This document shows, in pieces, positions 27,313 to 41,455 of a stretch of DNA of 64,000 nt. Below the pieces are notes generated by a model that had not been told where the DNA came from, did not search any database, and saw only the letters and a list, made by a program, of their open reading frames with translations. Source of the DNA: Spongospora subterranea f. sp. subterranea. Taxonomy: Eukaryota. The stretch covers positions 248,001 to 312,000 of the forward strand of contig JAUGWO010000102.1 of assembly GCA_049724395.1 (NCBI GenBank). Direction: 5' to 3'. The first letter of the stretch is position 1. The number at the start of each line of letters is the position of its first letter. The position numbers and the translations under genes were made by a program.

Positions 27313-29137
27313 AATCCTTCATTGGACCGTCTCTTTAAGCTCCCTATCCATTTCAACAAATGAAACCGTGACAGCGTCGACAAGTTAGGCAAACCCCAAG
27401 ATCATCCATCCGAACGAATCGTGATTTGATATTGGAAGGTGATTGATAAATCAAGAAACGCAGATGCAAAAGCTTTGATTATGAAGAACCTTCATGAGAC
27501 CTTTATTTCCGAACGGAGCAAGTACTTTAAGAACACTTCTGCAGGAGGAAAAACTCTGAACAACTATCTGTTTTTGCACGACATCTAGTTTCAACCTCAT
27601 TCTGAGGTTCATTAACAAATTTGACAAGTGCATACAGACATTTATATATCCATTCAGCGTTGTTCGTGCTTTTGATTGGAAGAGATTACCATCATGCGGA
27701 TGTGCTGGCTTCGGTTGCTTCGTAAATGATGGGGGACTCCTCAAAAAGATGCATTTCTGGTGGAGAGGATATAAGCCATTCCAAGGTAGTATGCATAGTC
27801 GCATCGATTACGTCGTCAGGGCCGTAATCGGCAGGGTCTTGACTAAAAACCTATTGAATAATTTTACAATATTGGCCATGCCAATGCTACCTTTGGACTT
27901 TCCAGCCGTCCTCATCCCCTTCTTCAAGAGTACCAGTGGTTGTCGCAGTCGTGGCCCATCTACACGGTCTGGCTCCAGCGACACGAGCCATGATCCCCCG
28001 TCGCAAGCAGTTAACGGCCATCATAATTGATTAATGATTTACAGTATTGACAGTATTGGTGATCAAGGTCATGTGTTGTGGGAATTGTGGGGGGACCCCC
28101 CTTCTGTACAGGTAGATACACTGACCCACATCACAACTCGCACTTTGATCTCACCACCTGATCTGTTTCGCCATTTTGACCCATTATCGCTGTCATGTTT
28201 ATCAATATTGTTCAGTTTGCGGAATACTGATACCGCGATATATCGTGAGAGTCATGTGTCATTGGGTTGTGAAAAGGAAATGTGCAACACGTCGATTTAT
28301 TTTACCAAACTACACAAGTTTCCCTCGACGCCTTTGGTTTTTGGTTCGCCTTCCCCGGGCAGACCGTCCTTGTTAGAATGATTGATTTTGTTCCCTTTTT
28401 CTCACATCATTCAAAGATCCAACAAGCGGTCCACCGATAAGCAGAGGAAATCAAAAAAGTTGTATCTGTGCTAATGCCGATAAGCTGTCAACAATTACTG
28501 CAGCTCTCCGATGTAATGTGATGTTGAAATTTTTGTGTTCTACCAGAGTCCATTTCTGCTCAATATGTAGGATTTTTCCGTTTATCGACACCCTCTATCA
28601 ACTGTTGTCAATGATCTGGCATCGTCTTTTTGTCCACGTTGAAGAAGCTCACGATTAGCGTTGTTTGATGAGCTTTGGATCAACTTTTGCGTTGCGTTTC
28701 CGATATGACTTTCTGACAGATTGACCACATCGCGAAATGGTATATATTGCCGCCACTTCAAAGAGGAAGGCGGAAATTCCTTGACTATCAAGCAATTTTG
28801 AACTATTTCCCAACCCGAAAATTCACACCGATTTATCTGCCTGGATGGGGACGCAGTCTCGAATCTGGACTGATGAAATTTTACCGTCGTTGGCAAGATT
28901 ACACACTAAAAAGACCAACTTTGATGCGCTTTGTTTCAACATCGATTCGCTGTGTATACACCCACCTGAAAATTGCAGTCAAAATCGAGCCCGTCTGCCA
29001 GTTGGCGGTATACACTGGTCCTATAGACCGTTCCTATCGGCCCTGTCGTGATTGGATACAGTGAAGTCAGTATCAACTGAAAACCGTAATCGTTTAAGCC
29101 GTCTTGGTTCATTACTACAGATTATACTATACCCAAT

Positions 29138-30079
29138 ATGGCGCTGGTATCACCTCCCAAGCCATGGGAACGGTTGCCGACCGATCCAACCATATCTACT
29201 GCGCCTTTAACCCAAACTTCATCGTTTCCTTCGGTGAACCCTGGGATTTTCGGATCCACATCCCCATATTCACAGCCATCGTATGGATTAAGTCCCAGCT
29301 ATCAAAGCAGCAGTTGGGGGATGTCCAATTCAGGAGCTTATGGGTCATCTTACCCGATGTCGCAATATCAACACTATTCCCAGCAATCTCCTTATATGGC
29401 AAGGTCCTATAATGGTGCAATGATGACGCATCCTATGGATCAATATAAGGGGACGCCCATCAACACCTTGGTCACCAGTGGACACACATTTATGTCTGGA
29501 GTTCAACAACAAGTCAGTTCGTTCGGTCGATTCTCACAGATTCTTCACATGAATCTCGACGCCTTACACGGATCGTTCTCATCATTTCTGCAATTGCTAA
29601 CTAACATTTCACTCTTAAAAAATGAGTTCAGTTCTTTTTTCGGCACGTTTGGGTCTTTAAGTTCTGTGTATGTAATCTACATCAAGTTAAAATCGGTACT
29701 ACTAAGGCTGCTTGGTCGGCAAAATGAGGCGACCAAGCATGAATTCGATGTTCTATGGAAAGAGACATGCCAAGGCCAATGGGGCTGGCTGCCAACGTTT
29801 TTAACGCTATCTTTAGCGGTTCTTTTGGCCAAGAAATTTTTTCAGATGATGCTTTCCGATACCCATGACATGAACAATACGGAAAAGACTCTTCCTGCCG
29901 GATTGCCGCCCAACGCGCCGTGGATGAACCCATCAACTCCAGCGTGCTCTCCATCATTTGGAACAAGCGCACCATTCGACTTTGACCCAAGCAATTCTCC
30001 TTCCTTCATGACAAATCAGGGCAATTGGACTCAGAGCTCGTTTGGATCAGCCCCCAACGCATTCCAGTCAACTTGGTGA
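29138..30079 (+). CDS. PEX13: Peroxin 13, SH3-less (plant-like) type, intronless
   Basis: N-terminal PPKPWE, Tyr/Gly/Ser-rich region, SFGRFSQILHMNLDALHGSFSSFLQLL, membrane segments. Confidence 0.82.
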   Translation: MALVSPPKPWERLPTDPTISTAPLTQTSSFPSVNPGIFGSTSPYSQPSYGLSPSYQSSSWGMSNSGAYGSSYPMSQYQHYSQQSPYMARSYNGAMMTHPMDQYKGTPINTLVTSGHTFMSGVQQQVSSFGRFSQILHMNLDALHGSFSSFLQLLTNISLLKNEFSSFFGTFGSLSSVYVIYIKLKSVLLRLLGRQNEATKHEFDVLWKETCQGQWGWLPTFLTLSLAVLLAKKFFQMMLSDTHDMNNTEKTLPAGLPPNAPWMNPSTPACSPSFGTSAPFDFDPSNSPSFMTNQGNWTQSSFGSAPNAFQSTW

Positions 30080-30226
30080 ACGTCAAAAATCGATCGCTTT
30101 ATTTACAGTACATATAAATATTTGAAATACAAAGAGCTTTTAATATCAAAAGGCATTTTGAACGTCCTGCAGGTTTTGATTTAGTTTCCCACTTTCAGAC
30201 AATTCCAATTTTTGGACGGGATTTAA

Positions 30227-31681
<1,455 letters not shown>

Positions 31682-31798
31682 GATCAGTTCCGAATTTCAA
31701 TCGATGGCATTCCCCTGGCGCCCTGGCCGTGGCGCTAAGAGGCCGGCCGTCATCCGCAACTCTAAGTTCTGGTAGACACCGGTAATTCGTTTCCGTCG

Positions 31799-32146
31799 AT
31801 GAATCATGTTTGCCCTTCCATGATCATGGACGATTTATCGTACGTCCCTTCCAAAGTCCTGTTCTCGGTTGTTCCTGATTGCGAGACCGAGGCGACTCTG
31901 TTAGAGCTGGAGTCTCAGTATGCCAAGAAGCTGGAATCGGTCAAATCGTCACTGAATGATAGTTACAATCGGGAAATGGTCCCGGTCGTCGCCTCGATGG
32001 CGCTGGGTTCGGAGCGTTCACAAATACGAGGGAATCAAGATCTCGATGAAGATATCGACGAATCGGAAGTTGAAGACATGGATGGCAGCGACGAGGAAAT
32101 GTCCCCTGATGAAGGCGATGGTTTTAGTTTCGATGATGAGTCTTAA
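31799..32146 (+). CDS. APC15-like small acidic protein (anaphase-promoting complex subunit 15 candidate)
   Basis: LF..PDCETEATLLELESQYAKKLESV...MVPV followed by a D/E-rich tail mirrors the ANAPC15 layout. Confidence 0.5.
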   Translation: MNHVCPSMIMDDLSYVPSKVLFSVVPDCETEATLLELESQYAKKLESVKSSLNDSYNREMVPVVASMALGSERSQIRGNQDLDEDIDESEVEDMDGSDEEMSPDEGDGFSFDDES

Positions 32147-33040
32147 GTATGGCCGTCGGTATTGGAACAACGCTAGCCGAGATCCTAACAATCTCCTAAC
32201 ATGGTCGAATTTATTCTTCACGATTATAACCCATGTGTCAACAGCGCACCATAATGACCTAAAAACATGGAAACAAAAAAAAATTTGCAATTTGAAGCAT
32301 TGACGAGTGTCGATCTTGTGTTGACCTTGGTCGATTGTGTGGGCCTGGGTAGATTCGTGTAAACTGTGTGGTAGACTGGAGACCAGATCATCCTCCTTGA
32401 TGAGGGGGAAGCAGTCAGCAGCAGCCCCAGGGGCCAGTGTCATTCACCACCCCACACTGAACTACACCTTGGCTGCGCCTCACTCACTTGCTATAGTCTA
32501 ATACTCTATTTGGACGAACGCCAGAGATCGTTGGAGGACCTGTTTGACCCCTCGCTGCAGACATAGCTCAAAACGATTATCGGCACGCATTTCTGGTCCC
32601 AATAGTCCATCAACATCCGAGCTGCTTTTGGAAATTATGGCAAACCCAGCCGATGACGACAAAGGAGATTCTCCCAAATTATCGCCGTTACAAAGTGGTA
32701 TCCGATCGATGCGACGTTGTTGGTGCGACGCTGTACAAAACGCTCAAGAAAATTCTGGTAAGTTGGGTTCCTTTTGCACTTCGTCATGTGAAACTGTTGA
32801 TGACGGTAGAACTACTGTGTCGCTCCTTTCAACGATCGGTATACGCCCCGGCTGACGAGATGTTCCAAGGTATAAAATCGGATAAAACCCTGCATATTTG
32901 AAAATATATATAACATGTATGCTTTTTCAGAAGCAAAAACTACATGGAGACAGGTACGACGGCGCCAGCCTGAATTGATCGTCGCAGGAGCTACTGCGCT
33001 GGCGATGATATCCTCTATTCCATGTATGTTTCTCGCTTGA

Positions 33041-33632
33041 CTAAATATGTCTACTGTATGTTTTTGTTGATAATGTTTTTGCAATAGATGGGCGTTTGGC
33101 GTTCGTTCGAAATTCACTTTTAGCAGCGGGCGTAGCATTCGCCGTTTCTAGTCCTGAAGTACTTGTAGACATTTTGAAAGACAGACGACCGAAACGAAAT
33201 GTAGAAGATGGATCAAAAAAATCTGATACTTCATCTGGAATTCCCAAGACCTAAATAAACGCTCACACCACTTGTTAAAGAAAGTGTCATCAATTCTATC
33301 GTTGTAATTGTTGGGGACATGTTAATTATCGTTAGACAGGATATGTATTAGTTGCCACCCTGTCTGGAGTGAAACTGGCTTACTTTGGCGAGGGCGTCAA
33401 TATAGTTCAGAGCGTGTTCGCGGCATTTTACAATGTGTTGGACACCGTATTTTCGATAGCAATGCTTGACTTGTTCGCCAATCAATAGGACTCGCGCCAC
33501 TATTAAGCGTTTTAAGTAAAACCAAAAAATGTCAGGAGAGTGCTCTACCGTTTTTTGCATCCTCGCGCGCATGTTGCTCTTTAGCGGCCATAACTGATAG
33601 AGGAGGGCGCTCATCGGCGAGGTCTGGTACAT
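33041..33632 (-). CDS. NDUFB10: NADH dehydrogenase subunit NDUFB10/PDSW-like (3' end approximate)
   Basis: LIGEQVKHCYRKYGVQHIVKCREHALNYID matches the CX11C motif of plant PDSW (LREKVKWCYRVEGVNHYQKCRHLVQQYL). Confidence 0.7.
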
Positions 33633-34281
33633 TACTCTGGTCGGCCATAATAAATGGGCAGCAGCTATATATCGGTAGGAGCCTCGAACTCAGCGGAATA
33701 TGGGCGGGAAATCAATCGATGGGCAGAACTGAAAGGTCACCCAAGAGTGCCCATACACGGAGAGTGAGAGTGACCCGTACAGAGGTGTACAGGTACCCGC
33801 ACCGACCCTCATTACATTAATATGGCCTTTTATTGGCACCGCTCTCCAAAAATTGCAGCTGACATACCATTGATATCATCAGTTTTACTCGCCATTATTG
33901 GCATCCAATCGATTGGAAACGCTATTCACGTCAAACCTTGAACGCGGAGCCGGTACGGCTCAAAATATACATACAGCTTGCAAAGTATAAGAAGCAGATT
34001 TCAGAAGTGTCACATTCTACGTTGCCGTTGAATTTCTGGAAGATTGAAGAAAAACACGAGAGTGACTACGTGGACGACAATCGAAAATATTGTCACGGCC
34101 ATGAGTTCTTACGAACACACGCCAGCCTTCCGGTTCAGAGAAGCTGTGCTGTTGCATGCACTTTTTTAGGCTCGTTCGCACCCTATAGATTCAACTATTG
34201 CTGAAGAACACGGAGGCTGTCAACGGTGAAAATTCTGACAATCTTGAGTGAACTACGCAGCCGCGGGCGGTCTTGTATGGT

Positions 34282-37200
34282 TTATCCACTTGATATGTCA
34301 TTGTTATATTGATTACATCTGCACCCGCAACCCATTACGGGACACACAGTATGCGATTGAAACCACTGCAGAAAATAGCATTGTTATCATCAATAACACG
34401 GCCAATGCAATGAATCAAACCTTTTCAAGGTGTTCGGCATGAGCTGAATGATGACAGACGACGCACCATGAAAGCCATTTGTCAAGCAAATTAGCTGTTC
34501 CTCGCAGTGTCTGAACATCTACTGCATTTTGCTGCCAGCGCTGAGGCGCAGACGAAGCACAATCAAGGGAAATCAAGCAAATCGAGCACCTTGGCAGAGG
34601 TTTCTTACAAGATAGACATCCTGAATCAAATCAATTTAAACAAATCGGGCCTAGTTCAATAAAACCTTGGACGCGAAGTCTAGATGATGCACTGATAGGG
34701 GCGACTGAGATCTGGGTGCGATAAAGGCGGCCACTAGATCGTTGAGTTGGAAAATCGCACAGGGCGAGTGATTGCCGGCAATGACGACTGGAGCAAGTGT
34801 TAAAAAAAAAAGGAAAAGTCAATTATCCGATGACTAATAACCATGCCGCTGATATGTGGCCTCCGACAGCTACGCTGGATCGCTGAAAACTACCTCTGGC
34901 AATGTCAAACTTTGCTCGGAATGACCACAACCTCCACCTATCTAGAACATTTCTATATACATTGATGCATTCATTTAACCATTCTGTTAAACAATTAATA
35001 GGCACTTGACATAAAATGGGATGTAAAAACCTGCTTCCTGATCTGCGGCGACCATGGCGCAGATAATAGCAACCGTTTGGATATCTCCTGTCCTGTCTAA
35101 AAAGCTTTTCAAAACTGGAACGCAAGACGAAGATAATCCGCTGCAGATTAGGCCGTTGAGATCTCCTAAGAAGCAACTCTTAGTTCACCGATAATATCAT
35201 TGATTAAACTAACCGTGTTGAACGTGAAACTGTGATTTTGTTTCAAGAAACAATGAAAGCTCTGTATCGTTCAAGAATCGGCAGGCAAAAGCCAAACGAT
35301 CTTGAAAAAATACTACACACAATATTAGGCGAACATGAGAGGTTTCATTGTCAACTTACCATCATTATCTTCTAAAACCCTTGAGAAATCAGGGTTTCCA
35401 TCAATAGCTGAAAGGAATGCTATCGCTGCCCGTAAGTACCTACTCATCATTCAGATTTTTATTTACACTCAAGCGAACCTGCCACAAGACAAGCAAACGA
35501 TGTATCTTTACGGATGGATAGTTGAAGATGTGTCTTTGGCGGTACTTGCCCATAATTTTCTATGGTCAGCTGAAGAGGAAGTGGTGAAACCAGAAAACGC
35601 CAGGCAAACAAGCGAGAAGGTCGGAACGCTTCGTAACTACTCGAGATTTTTAGCGGCAAGAGTGTGTTGAGAAAAAAGAGCGTTTACGCTTTGCAGACGC
35701 CCTTAATGAGGCAATAGCGCGCGGTAGATCTAGATGGAAAACTGCAATGGCTGCGGCCATTTCAAATTCCAGTTTTTCTTCAAATGTGCGAACAAGCTTA
35801 TCGATTTCGTCAGGAGTAGTGACATCGCACCAGCCTGAACTGTTACTTTAGGCAATAAACAGCGAAAAAACTGACAGAAATTGCAAAACCGAGAAAATGC
35901 AGGGCCTCTAGACGACGAAGACTTGAAAAATAAACAAGTTCATTCCAAGCAACAGATGTGCTGAGTGTGTTGGCCGCAATGGAATCTGTAACAGAAAATC
36001 CCACCATCTCCCCGGAAACATCCGAGCAAGCTACTGTCAATGGTGAAGTTCAACGTTGGGTACAACAAGATTATGAAGCATATTTACGCATCAAGAAATC
36101 CCAAACACGATACAGAGAGGAGTCAGAATAAGATGACTCAGCAGAAAAAAGCCGACAGTTTTCAGCAGCGTTTAAGCAATATCCAGCTTTCACTCTATTA
36201 ACAATGACGTTAACAACATCCTAATAAACAACGACACTCAGGTGGCGCAAAGATGAGAGAGTAAAACAAATGTGTACCTCAACCACGTCAGTTTCACGAA
36301 AAGCAGCTTCACTTGAAAATGCAACGCTGTCATAACACGACACACTTATCGGAACCGACTTGTGAACAGTTTTCAGCTAAACAAATGGTAAGAAACGAAT
36401 TTGTAGATTGGTATAGCAATGATGTTTGAGTACATGCACTCTAGAGTCTGCAGTCAAGACCAAAAGTTTATCGGGTCGCTTAGGATGGAAGTCGAAACTA
36501 GACACCGAGCACGGTAAAGTTAATTGGTATCTCGGAACAGCCTATTCCCATGAATATTGTTATACGACAGAGAATGATTCAGGCAATTTTCTCGAAATAC
36601 TTTTGGAATGTCAGGTCCTACTTCTAGGACGTCATACATCCGTATCCTTGACGACACGTCGTGAAATTCAATCTCCGATTTCCCGCTAATCCATTGTAAG
36701 TCATACCAAAATGAAGATGGTTGAGGCTTACGTAAACGAGGTGGCAATTAAATTGGAAGAAAATTCCGACCATTGAATAAAGTTGGGAATAACCCCAGGG
36801 AAAAATAAGCCACCCGCCAAAGGCTTGCCACGTGAAATTCTCACATCCCACAGATTCAACAGCCCTACACGATATAGCTTAGATACCAAAATAACACAGT
36901 AGAAATGCTAACCATCTTCTGAGGCTGCCGCGAGAAGGTATTCACTATTGTGTCCCATTGAAATCGCTTGAATCTGTTTTGTATGCGCACCAACAGCTAA
37001 TACCGGTTCCAATGGAGAACGAACGTCGTACATGCGAACCCATTTGGTGCCCGCGTTGACTGCGCAGAGAAAATTTTAACAATTAAGAAACAATCAGAAA
37101 AGCTACTCCAAATCTCAACCTGCAATGCAGTGAGGCATCCTTTTAACCCAGATGGCTAAGTTAACGGCTTCAGACTTTGAGAATTGAACAAGCGGATCAT

Positions 37201-37774
37201 GAACCGTTGATTCTTGAAACGAAGATTGCTCTTCGTCTATGCATACGCCTCCGCCAGCTTGTTCTACATCAAATACAAGCCCAGAGCAAGCGTTTCGAAC
37301 CTGATATATATTCAACCGGCGATATTGGATAAACAGTGAGGGCGATACCTTCTCAAGACCACATACAAACTGGTTTGGGTTATTAGGGCTAAATTGTACT
37401 GTCGTACATCGGCGAGAGTATTTAGGAACAAACTGTTTTAGTATTCTTGTATTATTGCAAGGAACCTAAATGAACGGACGACTCGCAATGAGCATGAAAG
37501 AGCATACGCAACACGTAGCCAGGCGACAGACCCCATCAACTTTGAGAAGAGCGACTTTACCGGAGACTAGACCCCCAGCTATCGCTTTCGGAGCCCAAGC
37601 TATACAAGTAAGAACTGGAATTCGCTGATCACACACCGACACGAGCCGGTGGTATCTGAAATTATCAGTCCAGCCATCGTTGTCGTCCACTAAATTATAT
37701 ATACGTAGGTCGTCGCTATTAACCGCAAACTGCCTGTCATCTAATGGGTTCCATAACACCTGCCCTGTTAGCAT
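34282..37774 (-). CDS. MIOS: GATOR2 subunit Mio/Sea4 (WD40 + C-terminal zinc finger/RING), multi-exon
   Basis: N-terminal VLWNP...FAV...LRIY WD40 start; LPRCSICLISL and WLSWCVVCHHSAHAEHLEK/WFQSHTVCPVMGCGCRC C-terminus. Confidence 0.87.
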
Positions 37775-38386
37775 CGGTATCGTCAAACACCACCTTTATA
37801 CAGTAGTAGCTGTACAGAATAACTTACCACCGTAGATTCATGCCACGGATCGTTAATACTGACTACAGTACCAAACCCCGCCTTTCTCTGGATTGCGGGG
37901 AAAAACGGGGCAAAGCACAAAATGAACCAACAGAATTTATGAACTTTGACAATGTTTTTTAAAGGAAACGGCTTGATTCTTGCTCATAGATCTAGCGGAA
38001 TTAATGGCCAGACGCTATGATGTTGGCAATGTGACAGCGATAGCCTGAGCGTGATACATGGCACAGTCGAACCCTGTAGCGACGGCCAGGATTGACGCAA
38101 CGACATATCTGCAGAAACCTGATCCGGCACTGTCGCAATGTCAACTTGGAGCTGATCCGAATCTGCACATGCGCCTTTCTGTGAGACCTGGTGAAGCTAC
38201 ATGAGAGGCGGGTGGTGCGTGAGTGGTGACCTTTTCAGGCAGCAGCGAGAGAGATCACCTTTTCCGACACTCCACAATGTACATAATAAGTACGTTACAT
38301 GCGTGAACGGTGACGCCATCGCACTCCGCCTCATAATTGCACCGATCATCAGTTCATCACGCTTTATCCGGACATATCGCCAGGTC

Positions 38387-38940
38387 ATGGAGTTCATACA
38401 TGGAAAGCGATCGCTAGCGTCTATAGGTTGGGGATGCACCCAGGTACTGCCTTGAAAATTATGCTTGACGTGGCTGACATCGGAACATTGGTCTAGGGTT
38501 TGGCTTTCGCATTGATTATTTGCTATTGGGTGGCCGCTGGGGAGGCTGCTACCGGCGGAGAAAAGTTTGGGTTTGTCTGGAAAGGCTTTTGGTTTATGGC
38601 ATCATTTCTTACATATTTTCTGCTATTTCGAAAGCCAACAGAACATTCCTTTTCTTTGGTATGTGGGCTGCAGTACATATTCGAGTCATCGCTCTAAAGT
38701 GCTTCGAAGTTTGTTGTGTTTAGCATTTTTCTCAATCAAGTCGCATTGGTCGAGGCGGCTATGATATCTCCCACATTCAAAACCCTATCAGGGTTTGCTT
38801 TGAGTAATATTGTTTTGTCATCGATCTTCTTCCTCGCTAATCTCATATCGTCATCAGCCTATTTCTTCACCAGTGCACTATCACTGTTTGGAATCCTCTC
38901 AGCGAAAGAAGAATTTGTGGGAGGCCGGGCCAGCATTTAA
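38387..38940 (+). CDS. Hypothetical small multi-pass membrane protein, 3 exons
   Basis: Spliced frame MEFIHGKRSLASIGWGCTQ/GLAFALIICYW...FWFMASFLTYFLLF.../FVVFSIFLNQ...; about four hydrophobic helices. Confidence 0.5.
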
Positions 38941-39923
38941 CGATGGTGAACATTTTGGTCCACCACCAAGCGACGCATATCAAGGGGTCATATAAAACCA
39001 ATAAATGTTGATGAACTCTTGACATATTTATAAATATGATAATGTCCGAATAAAGTTTTGAAGTTGTTCAGAAAAAAGCGGACAGGTCAACGCTGTACCT
39101 GGCTCGTATGAAGCATTGTTAGATGTTGACGATGTGAACAAAGCATATATGTGGTTCAAAGCATCCCTAAATCACCATTATATGACTCGCGAAAAACGAA
39201 AACAGAAATTTTTACCTTTGATCTGGCACAGACACATCTGTGATCATTACGAACCGAATTCCCGTACAAGTTTCTAAATAGTGTAGTTTATAATGATTTG
39301 TCGAGAAAAACCTAATGGGTTCATTTTCTAGTTCTTCTTGTCTGCAGTAATGAGAATCATCAATGTTTGAACAAGGGAAAAGAATTCAACGCGTACGCAT
39401 TAGGAGTCAGCTGATTGGCAAATGATTTGAGCGCAAACAGGAGACCAAAAGCGGTTTTGTGATCAACGACCCCGAACATTGGCTATCCAATCCTTTTCAA
39501 ACAAGCATTGTCCATCCTTGCCGTATACCCTCAAGCAATAAAGCATAGTTGATATAGATTGCCAAAACAGTTGTTCGGGCACTTTACAGTTTACACTCCG
39601 CAAATGCCCAGTTTTACCCGTCCTCAACTTGTATCATTGCTCTATTTATGCGCAGGTTGGCCAGCTTATGTTGCCCATCATCTGTGTAACAGTACCTTGG
39701 TCAAGACGGAAAGGAGTACGATATTGGTGAGCGCTCGAATTGAAAAACCGTTTCCACTATCAAACCAGATATTTTGGTCAAAGAGCAGGAGAACCGATCG
39801 TCGTTCCGAACGATGAAATGAATTGACGGCCAATCGTGTATGACCGGAGGGAGCATGACAACTTAGTCTGATTCATGAGAAAAGATTTGATGGACCTTTC
39901 AATAGTATGATGTGTTGTATTTA

Positions 39924-41114
39924 TTAGGGATGTAGCCTGATTGTATCCCCTGCTCTATGCGATCCGTGAAGTCGAAATCGCAACCGATGTGCAGATGTCT
40001 GATGCAATGGATCTGACATCAAATCTGGTCCCGGAATATGAGTTTGCAGAAATTCCGATACCGCATTCTTGCCGTTCATAGTAAGAATTTCAAGAAAATC
40101 CCTTCCGTTCATCGCAACATTGTATCGAGTACCTTGGGAATTATCATTGGCGACCTGAAAGCCTATGCAAATAATTAATAAAGGCAATTGCAGTATGCCG
40201 AATAGAACAAGATCACCTAAAGGAAATGCACATTTTGAGTCTTGATAAACCCCAGTCATCCAGTCATCCGAATACCAATTTTCAAACAATGGAGGATACA
40301 AATAACCGAAAATGTGCATATGCATTCGGCTAACAAATGATTGGGTCAATATAGAAGCGCCAATATCTTTCGGACCGACTACTCCAAGATCTGGGAAAAC
40401 AGGGTTTTGTCGCAGAGTGTCTATGAAAACTTTTGACCACCCTGGGCTCAAGAATCTGACATCATCGTTAACTTGATAAAAGTAATGACACCCATCGTTG
40501 AATGCTTCTTCAAACAAGCGATTCCACACAAGAACCGGTTTTCCCTAAACAAATGTTGGATGCGTTATGATAAAAAACGGTTACGATTCTTACTCGCGTG
40601 TTGGCGAACGCCGAAGTATGAAGTCGAACTGGGGAAACGGTTTCTACAATCGAATACAGCGCCTCCAAATTTGTATCATTGTCATACAGCTCATCACCGA
40701 TGTCGAAACCCAAATAAAGATGATATTCAAACAGGTCTAGATCTTGCGAGTCAATAGATTTAGATAATGTGGGTAGGAATATCTTCAACAAGGGAATATC
40801 TGATATTGACCAGCCTGTTATTGACCTGCCCAGCTTCAAAACTAATTTTCGGCATAGAGGTGCAGGGTAGTATACCTTGCGGGGACAAGAAAAGCAACCT
40901 TGATTTTGCTTGGTCTCGTGGGAATAGCTGACGTTTCTGCAGAATGTGAGATAGATGGCGTAGCAATAGTTGGGGACGATACATTTCTTTCGCTATAGGA
41001 CCCAACAGCTCGCCAAAATATGCCGTCCTCGCCATCCTTATATCGTGACTGAAGTACTATAATCTGAAGAAATATCACTATCGCCAAAGCAATGCAAATT
41101 GTTGAATGAATCAC
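39924..41114 (-). CDS. Type II membrane GT-A glycosyltransferase (start uncertain)
   Basis: N-terminal anchor ICIALAIVIFLQII, KVAFLVP, YFYQVNDDVRF (DxD-like), ILTQSFVSR, NWYSDDWMTGVY. Confidence 0.75.
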
Positions 41115-41455
41115 GACGCGCCCGGATCATCAACGATAATCACAGCTGACACCTGGTACAATTTCGGTTTATCGAAAGAAAAACTACAAATGCAATCTGA
41201 GAAGCCTTCGCCAGGTCTTGGTGCCAGACCGGCACAGAACCCAGAACAATCTCTGGTTGTGCCCCAAGTGTCTGTGGAACGACTGGCCAATTACACTGTA
41301 GTGCAATCCCTATTTACGCAAACAAAGCCCTGTTGAACATCTTGGATGCAATCTCGTATTACTTTGTGTTTGCAGGACCTATTATTCTTTAGATCATCCG
41401 ATTTTCCAAAGAACTTTTTACATAAAGCATTTAATCATATATTGACACAATGATG

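Noticed and set aside
27451..28030. Possible hAT transposase debris on the minus strand
   Set aside because: Only vague resemblance (LKVLAPF); no catalytic motif recoverable.
32638..32901. Possible 70-aa two-exon gene (MANPADDD...)
   Set aside because: Splices in frame but has no recognisable homology; cannot be supported.
33938..34060. hAT dimerisation-like PLNFWK peptide
   Set aside because: Similarity stops before the diagnostic SxxxERxFS motif.
38010..38160. C/D-box-like motifs and a 16-bp imperfect stem
   Set aside because: Imperfect C box and no rRNA-complementary guide that I could recognise.
39040..39900. Stop-riddled protein-like frames, possible transposon relic
   Set aside because: No identifiable motif.
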